A stretch of DNA of 64,000 bases from Octopus sinensis (GCF_006345805.1 NC_043001.1:10106001-10170000); one strand, 5' to 3'. Shown: positions 9,884 through 22,971, numbered from the stretch's first letter. Program-made: numbers and translations. Notes: generated from the sequence alone by a model not told the origin.

Positions 9884-11936
9884 TAAGTTTTGTTTTAACA
9901 GATTCAATTGGAAACATAGGAAACTAAGATACACACAGCTTTATATGATCAGTATCATACCAGTTCAAGGCAAATACGGAATAATGTTACATCTGCTTTT
10001 ATCTAAAATAGATGTTTGCAAATTAAAATACACAGTAGTACTTGCATTTATTGCCTGCATATTATATACAATAAAGTCTATATGTGTGTTTAGAAGTAGT
10101 AAATTAACTAGTTACGTTTGTTTAAACCCTACTATTTGCAATACTGCTAAACACTTTAAACTTTAAAACATAATGGGCAGTTAGAAAATTTACTTGTGTA
10201 ATGTAATTTTGGCTTGATGGAATAGTTTCATATTCTGCCTTGTATCTATGTATATTTTTTATCTCTTAATCACATGGGATGAGCCTCCAAGACTAATGGG
10301 AAGGAGAAAGAAAAGCATCTTCAAAGTAGAGGACTGACCTGAGTGATTGCAACAGAGCAGCATCTACTAAAAGCAGATGAGGAATTAGACTTGTTTATCC
10401 TTTAAAATACACATACGATATTCACTAATTTATCTGCTGTCTCTACCATGTTAAAAATAAAAATATCATTTGGTTAAAAAAAAAAGCAAATGAAATATGT
10501 TAATGATCATATATATAAATGTTATGATCATATATATAAATTGGTAACAATTTGTTTAGAAATGAAACCAGTAAAATTATGCATTAATACTAATTTCAAT
10601 GACTTTCATTGGGGAAAAATTATAGTTTTATATAATAGAAATTTTAACTGGCAACTTAAAATACTAGTGCTTCTTAAAAACATGAAATGCAGCATCTATT
10701 TTTAAGATAGTAATGAACATCTCATTACTGAAATATGAAGGTTCATCTCCGTTGTTCAGAATGTTTTCAATTTATTCTCCTCACTTTACGACTTAATTGA
10801 TATTTGAATTTTCATCAACATTTGTCTGTATGAAGAAAATATAAATGATTCTCATTAGTAGCTGATAAAGATCACATCCTGCGAAATTATTCATGTATCC
10901 ATTGATTAAAGTTGTTTCTCAATAATGGATGATTTGAAGATGGAGGTGTTTTGGTCAAAGTTCAATCACATTTTAATGGCCAGTGGATTGTAATTCTACT
11001 CTTAGGACTACCAATTTCTGGCCTGTCTCTTTTCACAGTTCCTGGAACTATTCCAAATCAGTGCTGAAATATTTAAAATTACTCGTTAATTTCTTTTTGT
11101 TTGTCTGATTTCCCTAATCCATTTTGCTATATTTGGAATGTTTATCTGCTTCTTGAATGTTATATAAAAACTTTTTAGATATTTTGTAGATTAGCATTTT
11201 TGTTCTCTCAACTTTTGACACACAATTTTAACTTTATTTCATAAAAACTGGAGAAAATCCAATTTGAAATCTCATTACCGTTCCCCCGTCTCTATTAAGG
11301 TTATAATGAATTAATTTTCTTTGTAGCTGAAGTTTGAGAGCCAATTCTTTTTTCTCTGATTTAAGGGATAAATGTTATAAAATAAATTTGAAAATTTCAA
11401 TCCAGCTATTGTTGTATTATCTTGCTTTGTTTAATCAAATCTACACATTCAGAATGTGGTTAAGAGTATCAATTAAATGTTTGACCATGCAACACTAGTT
11501 TAAAATTCTGACAGTCAGTAGCTTATTCTACGTCCCCTGTGATGATAATCCATGCCAGCTGTGGTCCCTGGTTATGATGTTCGATTGATCAGAATTTAAC
11601 ATAATAGTCTCCTTTGAAGTCATAGTCTTCTGCTATCAGCTTTACCTTCCAGTTTTGTTTCTCTTGTAAATGGCTTTTCATATTAAGTGCTCAGTTTCCT
11701 TTCCAGTTTTTTCATCATCTGTCGTTAAAGGATGAGTCATCAGTCATGAGTCATCAGTCATTCATGTGGTAGACTCCTAGAATATAGATACCTTTGATTT
11801 TGTTATTTGGAGAACTACTTTTATGTTTAGATCAAGCATCATGTATGACAGATAGACAGTGAAAAATTTCCATTCAAAATCTTTTACAGACATGTTCAGA
11901 TTATAGTTTTAAGCATTAAGAGTTCTATTATTTTAA

Positions 11937-12152
11937 CCCTTTTGTTACTGTAATTATTTTAAGATGCTCTGTTTTGCTTTCAATTACTTCAAATATAACA
12001 AAGAATTTAGTAAAATAACTTAATAATAAGCTAGTGTTAGGAATATAAATTGTGAATAAGGTTTGGTGGAAGATTTTAATTTAAAACTTGTGAAAACTAG
12101 ATATTTGTACTCAGAGCCAGAGCCGGTTTAGTCCAGGTTGGTAACGAAAGGA
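11937..12152. mobile_element. piggyBac-type MITE, family 1
   Basis: TTAA|CCCTTTTGTTAC...GTAACGAAAGGA|TTAA; homologous to 26820-27040 in the opposite orientation. Confidence 0.8.
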
Positions 12153-12156
12153 TTAA

Positions 12157-12375
12157 CCCTTTAGTGTTCTGATTATTCTATCACACATAATGCTTATTGA
12201 TTCACATTGATTTAAATTAATCGTGCATTATCTCATATCTTCACCATCTTGATGGTGTAATTACTTAATGTAGAATAACATTGTAGGGTAGGTGTGAGGG
12301 CCTGGATCTGGTCAGTTTGAACGTAAGGCAGATTAAATATTTTGGCCGGATATGGCCGGTTTAAATACTAAAGGG
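12157..12375. mobile_element. piggyBac-type MITE, family 2
   Basis: TTAA|CCCTTTAGT...ACTAAAGGG|TTAA; homologous to 33891-34099 and about 37337-37551. Confidence 0.85.
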
Positions 12376-13865
12376 TTAAACATATTATTTTAGGGTATTT
12401 TACAATGTTTACTGTATACTGTATGTTCATGTTGTAACTGAATGTTGGAATTAAAAAGGTAGCTATCATTAATGTTGGAAAAAGCAAATTGAACTTTACA
12501 AGGATGTGAGCTGTTAGTGCTAAAAAAAAAAAAAAAATGCCCTTTGTAAATTGAGAAAATATTAGTTGATTATAGATGAAAATAATTTGTAAATTAATTT
12601 TCTAACAGGGTTTGATAAAAATTGAGCATTTCATCATCTGTTATTTTGATTCTAACGAATATATTTGCAAAATTGTTGATAAAATTATATTCAAAGCAAA
12701 TATATCTTATAGCATTTTTAATTTGTGGGCTTATGAAATTATCTGTTTACGTAATTATATATGGAATTACATTACATTACTAATATTGATAGTTGGAAAC
12801 CTGTTTCACACCATAATTAAACACAGCTGTATGAACTTGCATGTGATTGAAGACCTTTCTCTAACGATACTCACTAGCTTTCTGTATATCTTATTTAAGC
12901 TGATTAAATTGATAAAAACGAGATCTACCTCACTCATTTTCATATTCCATAGCTGTTTCTGCTTATTTGTGCATTTCTTATGACCTCGATATGTTAACAC
13001 ACTTTTCTTCCTTATCTCCATTTCTATTTTGAGATCATCACATGTTTCGGTTAATTTTTCTTGGATATTCTGCACTTGCTTCTTGCAGATAAATTTCCAT
13101 AATTTCTGCATGATCCACTTCTTTAGTCTATTTCTTTTCCATCCATATATTTATATTCTATCATTTCCATATTGTTGTTTACAACTAATTCTTTTTTTCA
13201 CAAGTTATTTCCCATCATTTAGTGTCTCAGGTGTTTGGAAACCATTGAGCTATTTCCATTGAAATTTTGAATAGATGATACTGTCAAATATTTAATGGGT
13301 AATATTGCAGATTATTTAAAAAGAATTTAATAACCACAAGTCTCTGTTGGATGGAATCAGTCAAATTTCAGTTATGAAGAACAATAGTCATTAAACTGTG
13401 GAATTGGGCGATTAGATCTCCTGTTTTTACCATGCTTCCATGGGTTAGATAAATATGTTATTTCCGGCATTGTTCTGATATCAAGTAGGAGATCTCATAT
13501 TCCATATGGTTTCAAAGACATGAAGTGACCAAATCATTTGTTCATAGGAGAATTGATAACACCTCATTACTCTAAAACTTTTGCACAAGAAATTGTAATT
13601 GCATGCATGCATACACACACACACACACACACACATGAACTGATCTTAGAACCTTTTGGTTGGAAAGGGAAATTCTCAATCATACAGCCACACCTACACT
13701 CTTGTTAGCCTGAATTGGTTAGAACTTATAAACAAAAGAGCTGCGTGCTGTTTCAAGCCTTTATTCAAGTTCAATTCTTTATTAAAGAAAATAAATCATT
13801 GTTGTCTGCTGCTATACAATCCTAATCTCACACTCCCTTAGTCCTTTCCTGATTAGGAGTCTTAC

Positions 13866-13990
13866 TCCAAAATATTAATAATCCTAGTGTCTGCAGCTTG
13901 AAAACTTTGTCTTAAAGCAAGTGAGCAGGAATTTTGATAAATAGTAATTTGTTGACTTGCGTTTGTGTATTTCCTACATTCTGGGCAAGG
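13866..13990 (-). CDS. Candidate 125-nt exon (PCPECRKYTNASQQITIYQNSCSLALRQSFQAADTRIINIL)
   Basis: Acceptor cacttttgataatcttctgtgtag| and donor GGA|gtaaga. The frame is open exactly between the two sites and is phase-compatible with 7160-7216. Confidence 0.2.
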
Positions 13991-15120
13991 CTACACAGAA
14001 GATTATCAAAAGTGTATTAACCATTCCAGACTGGAGATCTATTTATATTGATTTTTGTTGGTTTTCACTCTCTTTAGTCTTTGACATATCTCAATTTAGA
14101 TATCCATATTTTTATGTCATCTTAGAGCATTTAATAAAAACCTTTCTTCTTTGAGGAGAGCTTCGTTATGTGTCTTATATATACATAATAGAGGTGTGGA
14201 TATGGCTGTTGGGAATAGCATTTGCTTTGTAATGATGTAGTTCTGAATTTTATCTCAGTTGCATGGTACTTTGGGTAAGAGTCTTCTGCACTGATCAATT
14301 TTTGCATGGAATTGGTAGATAAAAAACCCACTGTGTGTGTGTGTGTGTCTACATACACACTGCTAACACATGTTTGTGCATATGTGCAGTCATGTATCTA
14401 GGTAAACATTTCCATTCCATGTCCTTGTATGAAACTGTTAGAGCAAAAATGATGGCAGTAACATTCTCTGTTAATAAATTGTCTTTAGCTCCCTACTTTC
14501 AACAACAAGTGAAAAGAAAGATCCCTTATTTGAGCAACAGGTTCGGGTTAGTGAATGGAAGTGCATCCTGCTGTAGAGTATTCCGTTATAAACATTTGTC
14601 TAATCCATGCTAGCATGAGAATCAGACATTGTTGTTAATTATGAGCCTGTTACATATGGCCTTCATTTTTGTGAATGAGCAGCCAACTTTAACTATTCTG
14701 CTGGCTAACCAGCAAAATTGGTAGCGGAATTTCATGTGTCTTTACATTCTGAACACAGTTGAACACTGGTACTTTTTACTCTCCCCAAACTTTCAGGACT
14801 TGTGCCTATACCAGAAAGGATTATTTCTTGTCTATCTTTTCCTCGTATAATTAAATATATTCTGTCACTCTATCGTTTCACTCATTAGTTTAAGTGTTTG
14901 TTTACTGAAAGAGATGTAACAGTTTCTGCCCTGTAATTGCAATCCATTTTAGAAGTTGTCATATTTTCATTATGGGGTAAATTCTTTGGAACTATTTTAT
15001 TGTTATGTCACATAGTCTCTAACTCAGTTCTGATTATTTGTGTTGTCTTTAGCAGAAAATGTAATTACTTGCTGCTACACTCCTCTAATGCCATGCCACT
15101 GCCTGAAGCATATATTCATA

Positions 15121-15514
15121 GGAGTAGGAGTAGCTGTGTGGTAAGTAGCTTGCTTCCGAACCACATGGTTCTGGGTTCAGCTCTACTGCGTGGCACTTTG
15201 GGTAAGTGTATAGCCTCGGGCTGACCAAAGCCTTGTGAGTGGATTTGGTAGACGGAAACTGAAAGAAGCCTGTTGTATATATGTATATATATATATGTAT
15301 GTGTGTTTGTGTGTCTGTGTTTCTCCCCCCAACATTGCTTGACAACTGATGCTGGTGTGTTTACATCCCCGTAACTTAATGGTTTGGCAAAAGAGACTGA
15401 TAGAATAAGTACTAGGCTTACAAAGAATAAGTTCTGGGGTTGATTTGCTCGACTAAAGGCGTTGCTCCAGCATGGCAACAGTCACAAGACTGAAACAAGT
15501 AGAAGGTAAAAGAG
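15121..15514 (+). mobile_element. SINE-A, full length (tRNA-like head, central domain, internal (TA)(TG)n, 3' module)
   Basis: Head gtagctgtgtggtaagtagcttgc...gggttcagctc (A/B-box-like); tail gaaacaagt...aaagag. Confidence 0.9.
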
Positions 15515-15938
15515 TTTGAACCACTATTTAATCTCAGGGTACATCCAACACCATAACCACTACTTGGAATGACTGGTTACAGATATAAGTTGAAGCAGCT
15601 TGGGTATTTATGTGAATATGTGCTACAGAAGCAGGTATTTGAATAATTAGTCATCGTTCTGTATCTCCTGTGCATAGAAGCTGATATAATGAATAGCCTG
15701 TCCAATCTTTGACATGCCAAAGAAATGTGTAAGAAACAATTAAGACTTTTCTCAAGAATAAAACAAGTGAAAATTGAAGATTTGTTTGATCAACATTTAC
15801 TAAAATATTCAGGATATGTAGAAATATAGTGTGAACAAATAATAAAGAGAAGGATATTGGACTTGCATATAATTAGAGGTATTAAATCATTGAAATACGA
15901 ATTTAAGAAAAGAAGCCAAAACTAATTTACAACAAATA

Positions 15939-16109
15939 GGCGCAGGAGTGGCTATGTGGTAAGTAGCTTGTTTACCAGCCACATGGTTCCGGGTTCAGTC
16001 CCACTGCATGGCACCTTGGGCAAGTGTCTTCTACTATAGCCTAGGGCCGACCAAAGCCTTGTGAGTGGATTTGGTAGACGGAAACTGAAAGAAGCCTGTC
16101 GTATATATG

Positions 16110-16142
<33 letters not shown>

Positions 16143-16356
16143 TTGTGTGAGTGTGTTTGTCCCCCTAGCATTGCTTGACAACCGATGCTGGTGTGTTTAT
16201 GTCCCCGTTACTTAGCAGTTCGGCAAAAGAGACCGATAGAATAAGTACTGGGCTTACAAAAGAATAAGTCCCGGGGTCGAGTTGCTCGATTAAAGACGGT
16301 GCTCCAGCATGGCCGCAGTCAAATGACTGAAACAAGTAAAAGAGTAAAAAGAGAGT
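15939..16356 (+). mobile_element. SINE-A, full length, young
   Basis: ggcgcaggagtggctatgtggtaag...ccgggttcagtccc...gactgaaacaagtaaaagagtaaaaagag. Confidence 0.92.
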
Positions 16357-17579
16357 AAACATTTGGAACCTGTAAGTTCCAGGTTAAAATAGTTTTGGTC
16401 TTCTGGTAAATTGCCTTTTGAAACACAGAATTTATCCTCTTCCTCATCATCATCCCTTAGTATTCCTGTTCCATGCTGGTACAGGTTGGTTGTTTTGACA
16501 GGATCTGACCAGTCCAAGGACTGCATTTTCCTGATGCTGACCATTTTACAGAGTGTCCCTGTTGTGTGTTTCATGGCATCAGCAGAAGTAAGGTCCAGAT
16601 ACAAGCTGATTGACCCTGGGAGAGGAATTTAGAGTGAGAAATATTAACATTTGAAATTTAAATATTTTCTTTCTTTGAAGAATTTATGAACAAAATCAAA
16701 TAAGGATGGTTCGTTTATCTAGTGAGCAATTATTAGAATGATGATTGTGAAAGTCTCCTACCAAACACACTGAGCTGCTATTAGAATTAGCATTTGAATT
16801 ATAATATTAATGAAGATAAAGGCTGGCATTCCCGACTGAGACTTCTGAGGTTATACGTTGATTTATGTCTTATTTCTGATTAAGTAAGCTTTTGGGAAAT
16901 GTCATAAATCTAGTTCATGTTCATTTAGAAATTGGTTTGGTATTATATTCACTCTCAGGTAAACTGAACGAGATTGTATAAATTACATTGACCGACAAAG
17001 CAACTGGTTGTTTTGATATAGTGTATCTATAAAAGTTTTCTTAGGATTGGTGTATATAAATTTAAATGTTAATAATTGCCACCATTGCACACTAATCCAA
17101 TTACAGAAGATACTGTGGAAATGCATATAATCAAAACTTATTTCAAATATTTTTTTCAATATTAAATGAAATATTAAGGGGATTTCTTTTCCATAAGGAT
17201 CTGTTATAAATAACTGAAATTAATCTGGTTTCAATAAATTCTACAACACAAATGTCAAAACAAATCATCGTACTGAAGATTCAGGGATATCACTTTTGTA
17301 TTGCAGATAAATTTCTCCAATGGAATCTGCATTGCTAAACTAAATCCTTTCTTCCTTAACTGTGGTCTTATGTTATATTGACATTTGTGTTATATATCTA
17401 AAGATAGTACACTGGCAAAATCATTCATGCTTCAAAGGAAATACTTGGCACTATTTGTTCTGGATCCAGCCATTCTGGTTTCAAATCGACCATGGTCGAA
17501 TTTACCTTTCATCTTGATAAGATAAATTATCAACCAAAATAGTATTAACTTCTGAGGCAAAATTGTCAGAGAAGTGGGC

Positions 17580-18454
17580 TAATTATTTGTATATATCTTT
17601 AGTCACTATCCTCCAGTGCATCTTTATTTTATTGATGCTGTAGTAACTAGAAGATTGTTTTTGTTGATGGACAGAACAAGTCTGTTGAGGAGTAATCTTG
17701 CTAGAACTTTTCCTGCAGTGGAAAGCAGGGTTATCCTCCGCTAGTTTGAACAGTTTTTTCCCCTTTGTTTTTGTACAGTGTAATGATGACAGCATCTAGG
17801 AGTTTAGCATGTATGACAAGACCCTCGTGCTTCCATATCTCTGCTGGTATACCATCGATTCCTGCTGCCTTTCTACTCTTCTAGGGCTGGAAACTCTAGT
17901 TCCACTCTGACTGGTTACTGCTGGATGTAGGGGATTGCGTTTTTTTGGACAACTCGGTTTTGCACTGAAGAGGGTCTGACAGTATTCAGACCAGCGGTTG
18001 AAGATGGATGCTGTGTCTGTGACACGTGCTTGGCCATCTGACCTGTGAACTTGATGTGTTCGATTGTAAACTGCTCTGAGGGCTTCGTAGAACCCCTTGT
18101 GGTAATCAGAGTCAGTGCACTGCTGGAGAACCCAAAAATGATGCTGGAGCTTGATGTGGCCCTTGCAGCTCACCTGTTAAATTGTCCTACCCATACTTGA
18201 CATTGAAAGCAGATGTTAAATGGGGATGATGCTGGTTTATAAGCATGCCACTTCGAATCCTTTCCCACAGTCCACTTTTACAAGCATTCAGAGCAGGACA
18301 CCAGTTTCTTCTCTTTTCCTCATCCGTCTCAGAGGTCCTGTTAAAAGTTCATGGCCTACTCATCAGACTCAATCATATTTGAGGGATACTTGAACATGCA
18401 AAAGCTTTTCACTGCAGTTTACATGTGTACACACACACAGTCTCTTTCTCTCCC

Positions 18455-18490
<36 letters not shown>

Positions 18491-18950
18491 GTTCTATGTA
18501 TTCGTATTGTTTTAAGTGCATCTGTGGCAGACTATATAGAGGAGAGTGAATCACACCTTCCATCCATAGACTGGGGTACCTCTTGGGCAAATGCTAGCAT
18601 CCCCTTAGCCTCCCATATTAGGGATACAATGGACATGTCTGCAGTAGTATGTTGGATAATCAACAAGGCAGAGGAGTCCTAGACCAACTGCTTAAAGGTT
18701 ATTTGTGGTTAAGCAGAAAATCTGCAAAATGAGACGATGGCTGAATGTGAGCTAGTGAGTGAATTGCTGCTGCAAGGCAACCTTAGCATCTACTGCAGAT
18801 GCAGTCTGGTGATGGTGGAACAATACCAAGTGCCTTAGTCCCTGTCCAAAGGCCTTTTCCTCTAACTGAACAGCACAGTCAATGTCAACTTATGAGGAAC
18901 AGTCACTGCTGAAGTTATTGAATAAGTGAATACATATAGGTGTGATATCA
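17580..18950 (-). mobile_element. Decayed RTE-clade LINE fragment
   Basis: ORF 17796-18173 contains GFYEALRAVY...RSDGQARVTDTASIFNRWSEYCQTLF, typical of the RTE/BovB-like ORF between the endonuclease and RT domains. Boundaries approximate. Confidence 0.7.
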
Positions 18951-19320
18951 CATTTTGCAGCTCTGAAGTTTTCTTGGATGCAAAGGCACATCACAAAGTA
19001 GATATTATAGTGTTTTAGCTATTCAAAACATAGGCAGGAAAATGTGTGTGTCACTGTAATACGTGTGAGTATGTTTGAGGATTTAACAAACTCCACCAAG
19101 GCCATGCTGCAGACCACTTTAGAGAATTTAGTCTGTTATACTGACCTCAATACTCGGTCTATTATTTTTTTTTCATTGCTCTCTATTTATTTAATGGGGA
19201 AGTTTACTTTTAGACATAAAGAGGCAACTTGACCTATTGAATACCACAATATATATACTTGTTTGCTGTGCCAGTTTTCCATTAACACATATACATACAT
19301 GCACAAATATTTTTTTTTTA

Positions 19321-19705
19321 TTTTACTTGTTTCAGTCATTTAACTGTGGCCATGATGGAGCACTGCCTTTTTAGTCGAGCAAATCGCCCCCAGGACTTAT
19401 TCTTTGTAAGCCTAGTACTTATTCTATCGGTCTCTTTTGCCGAACCGCTAAGTTACGGGGAGCGTAATCACACCAGCATTGATTGTCAAGTGATGCTGGG
19501 GGGGGGGACAAACACAGACACACAAACATACACACACACACATATATACAACGGGCTTCTTTCAGTTTCCGTATACCAAATTCACTCACGAGGCTTTGGT
19601 CGGCCCAAGGCTATATTAGAAGACACTTGCCCAAAGTGCCACGCTGTGGGACTGAACTCGGAACCATGTGGTTTGTAAGCAAGCTAGTTTCCACACAGCC
19701 ACTCC

Positions 19706-19706
<1 letters not shown>
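19321..19706 (-). mobile_element. SINE-A, full length
   Basis: Reverse complement of the 15939-16356 copy. Confidence 0.9.
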
Positions 19707-19738
<32 letters not shown>

Positions 19739-19746
19739 TATATATA

Positions 19747-20010
19747 TTATATTAAATTAGAGATAAAACCACTATTAGGCAAATCAATTAGTGAAGTTTA
19801 ATTTATTTAAATAATTTTTTAATTTTTAACTTTTATATTTTTTAATTAATTTTATGTATTGGCTTATGTTTTTCACTGTTTGATTTGCCTAATAGTGGTT
19901 TTATCTCTAATTTAATATAATATAATATAATATATTTATACTATAAAATTAGATTTAATCCTAAATCTAATTTTTCCTTGTAAGTTTGGATTTATTCCCT
20001 AATATTATTA
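19747..20010. mobile_element. AT-rich repeat with an inversion (41-bp perfect inverted repeat), inserted at (TA)n
   Basis: 19747-19787 is the exact reverse complement of 19880-19920. A related fragment lies at about 29380-29500. Confidence 0.65.
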
Positions 20011-21137
20011 TTATTATATATATATATACAATGGCTTAATATGTTGGTTTTCATTTGTCAAGTTTCACATTGAAGGCACAGAGGCTGTGGAGGAATAAGA
20101 CACTTGGTTGATGGGATCAAACTTGGAACGATGTAGTTGTGAAGTACACTTTAAACCCCACACAGGCATGTCTGTACTCATGCAAATCATACGCTCACAT
20201 ACATCTTTGCAGCTGTTCTACTGAAATAATTGGCTTGATTATATATTTTGTTGGCGAAATTTAAGAGTTGATAAGGAAATTGATTTTTTCAAAATATTTT
20301 ATTTTCATCTTTAAACTTAGCTTAGAGGCAGGTACAGAATAAAACATAGAATGTTTAACATTTAATAACTATTGGATATTAATCTTCAATCACTAATTCT
20401 GTAATTTCAAAAACTACGTCTTTGAGCCAGAGCTTAAAGAGTGAGCTAGCTGGTGTGTCGAGGAAATAAAAGAGAAAGGAGTGGGTATGGAATTGTTACT
20501 TTAGATTTCATATGATAGCTTTCATCTCAGAGCATACAAATCACATCGTGAAAATGAATATGGCACTTAGATATTGCGATCTCTACTGAAATATTATTTG
20601 ACAAATTAAAAGGTTACTGTTTTTCATTCATTCTTTTTTTTTTAATTTTTAATTTTTTTTTTTTTGTTAATATATATTTCTAACACATCTAAAGATTATA
20701 ATAGCCAATTTACTTGTGGATTTGAGAAGCAGTTCAGAATAGAAATTAAAATAAAAAAAGAAATTTCTTTTTGAATTCATTGTCTGGAAATATATGGATG
20801 AATTATGTATGGAAATATCTTAACAAAACTATTCAACATGAATTAGGAGATTCTCTTGCCTGGCAGTAAAGGAGGTATTTGTATATAAAGAATTGGAAAA
20901 GCAATTAATATTTAAATTTTTGATCTCTTGTTCCATTATATATACATACATGTATCTATCGATTTGCTTTCTCTTTATTGCCTACTTCTTCTTGCTGGCA
21001 TGGGTCAGGCCAGATTTGTATAAACAAGTATCTTTCTACAGCTCTATGCTTTTTCAGCAATTCTGAAGAAAGCTAATAATTTCCCCCAATCTGAACATGT
21101 TTGCACAGAAGGCCACAAATGAACAACATCATTTGTA

Positions 21138-21495
21138 TCATCGTCATTTCGTTTAACGTCCGCTTTCCATGCTAGCATGGGTTGGATGATTTTGACTGAG
21201 GGCTGGCGAACCAGATGGCTGCACCAGGCTCCAATTTGATCTGGCAGAGTTTCTACAGCTGGATGCCCTTCCTAACACCAACCACTCCCAGAGTGTAGTG
21301 GGTGCTTTTATGTGCCACCGGCATGGGACCAGTCAGGTGGTACTGGCAACGACCTCGCTTGAAACTTTTACACATACCACTGGCACAGGTGCCAGGAAGG
21401 CGATGCTGGTAACGATCATGCTCTAATGGTGTTTTTTACGTGCCACCGGCATGGAAGCCAGATAGCCGCTCTGGCAATGATTACACTTGGGTCAC
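21138..21495 (-). mobile_element. SINE-B with internal subrepeats
   Basis: catcgtcatttcgtttaacgtccgctttccatgctagcatggg... followed by gtgccaccggca subrepeats. Confidence 0.85.
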
Positions 21496-21715
21496 GAATA
21501 CGCCTATAAAATTTGTCTATAGTTTTCATGTGATGTAAAGAAGATAGAAGCATGCATGTACAGAGAGGGGCTCCTTTCAATTTCCATTGACCAACCAAGG
21601 CTTTAGTTGGTCCAGACCTACAGTAGGAAACACATGCAAGGTGCCACGCAGTGATACCTGCATCTAGCCACATCACTCCTGGTTGTGTATATGTGTATGG
21701 CAAGATTTTTCCAGT

Positions 21716-21938
21716 TTCTTATTTCTTTGCTGCCCACAAGGGGCTAAACACAAAGGGGACAAAGGGATTAAGCCGATTACATCGACCCCAGTGTGTAACT
21801 GGTACTTAATGTATCAACCCCGAAAGGAGGAAAGGCAAAGTTGATCACGGCGGAATTTGAACTCAGAACATAACAGCAGACAAAATACCGCTAAGCATTT
21901 TGCCCAGTGTGCTAACGTTTCTGCCAGCTTGCCGCCTA
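21716..21938 (-). mobile_element. SINE-C (tRNA-derived)
   Basis: Minus strand ggcggcaagctggcagaaacgttagc...ctgagttcaaattccgcc; matches 50571-50815 and 62872-63098. Confidence 0.85.
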
Positions 21939-22867
21939 GATTTTTCCAGTTTCTTGGACTAAATTTGCTTCCAAAGCTTCAGTTGACCTACTACTATAGA
22001 TGAAGACACCTGGCAAAGGTACCACTGCTGTGGGACTGATCCCACAACCACTTGGTTGCAAAAGGACTTTTTAAACATTCAAACATACAACCCCATCTGT
22101 CTGTCTGTGTATATATTATAGGCCAACCAATTCATGTATGAAGAAAAAAACTGAGAAATGATAATGTTTATAAAGACCTGTATGTACAGACAGACATACA
22201 CATTCCTACAGATAATTCATACAGATAATCACCTGCATTTGTATAGATAAATACAAACACATATGTGTATGTATGTATGTATGTCAGGCTGTCAGATGCT
22301 ACATGTAAATTTCTATTGCATTCTGTAACTATCTAAAATCCATGGCATTGGCTTTCTTTTCCTAGAACTTCTATGCATCTATCTCTTCCTCTAACTGTAT
22401 TTATGTATATATGTGTGTATATGTATGCATAGATATAATTGTGTGTTTGTGTGTGTGTCTGATATATGAGAGAGAGAGAGAGAGATATGTTACTTCTCAG
22501 AGGGAAAGGTAGATTCTATGATACTTGTGTGAAAAGAGCAAAACTGAATACAGAGAATGAGCAAAGACTTGAAAAGTGAAGCTTACATGCTTTATTGGAT
22601 GTGCAAATGCAAGTGTTTATTTGTGACCAACTGCAAATAATCAAATGTTATGAGCAGGGGGCGACATGGTTAAGGACAGCTGCATTAAGAAATGTTAATT
22701 GCTAATTTTGATTGGAACCTGTAGAGAAAAAGACACAGAATGACATGGGATGAAGTAGTAAAGATCAACAGCTCAGGATGTTAAGCTTCATGAAGATGAC
22801 AAAGTACTGAGATGACTGGCAATTGTTTTGATGTTTTAAAGCATTAAATTTATGCCTATACACTCAC

Positions 22868-22971
22868 CTGGACTGCACACCCAATCCATTCCCGATTAGC
22901 CTTCTCTCCACATCTCATCTTCTTATCATTCATCCCTCCGTCATTCTTCTAGCTATGACACTATTCAGCTT
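22868..22971 (-). other. Candidate 104-nt exon (5'UTR/start or non-coding)
   Basis: Acceptor ttcatttcttatttaattacag| and donor CAG|gtgagt, with a purine-rich body. The only open part is MNDKKMRCGEKANREWIGCAVQ. It could also be a decayed LINE piece. Confidence 0.3.

Larger units (their letters stand above)
10700..13560 (-). mobile_element. Heavily decayed LINE (endonuclease/RT remnants) interrupted by MITEs
   Basis: Minus-strand remnants such as DVE*ATDC (near the RT DxxKAFD motif) at about 11520 and a YxLGV-like stretch at about 11780; many stops and frameshifts. Boundaries approximate. Confidence 0.4.

Noticed and set aside
9576-10166. Longest ORF (196 aa)
   Set aside because: It straddles the end of a Helitron-like element and AT-rich flank; no domain or splice structure is recognisable.
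16738-16848. C/D-box snoRNA-like ATGATGA...CTGA
   Set aside because: No terminal stem and no antisense element I can match to rRNA; such motifs are frequent by chance.
22868-22900. EDC3-like WIGCAV peptide
   Set aside because: The match is only six residues, and no downstream exon continuing an Lsm fold was found.
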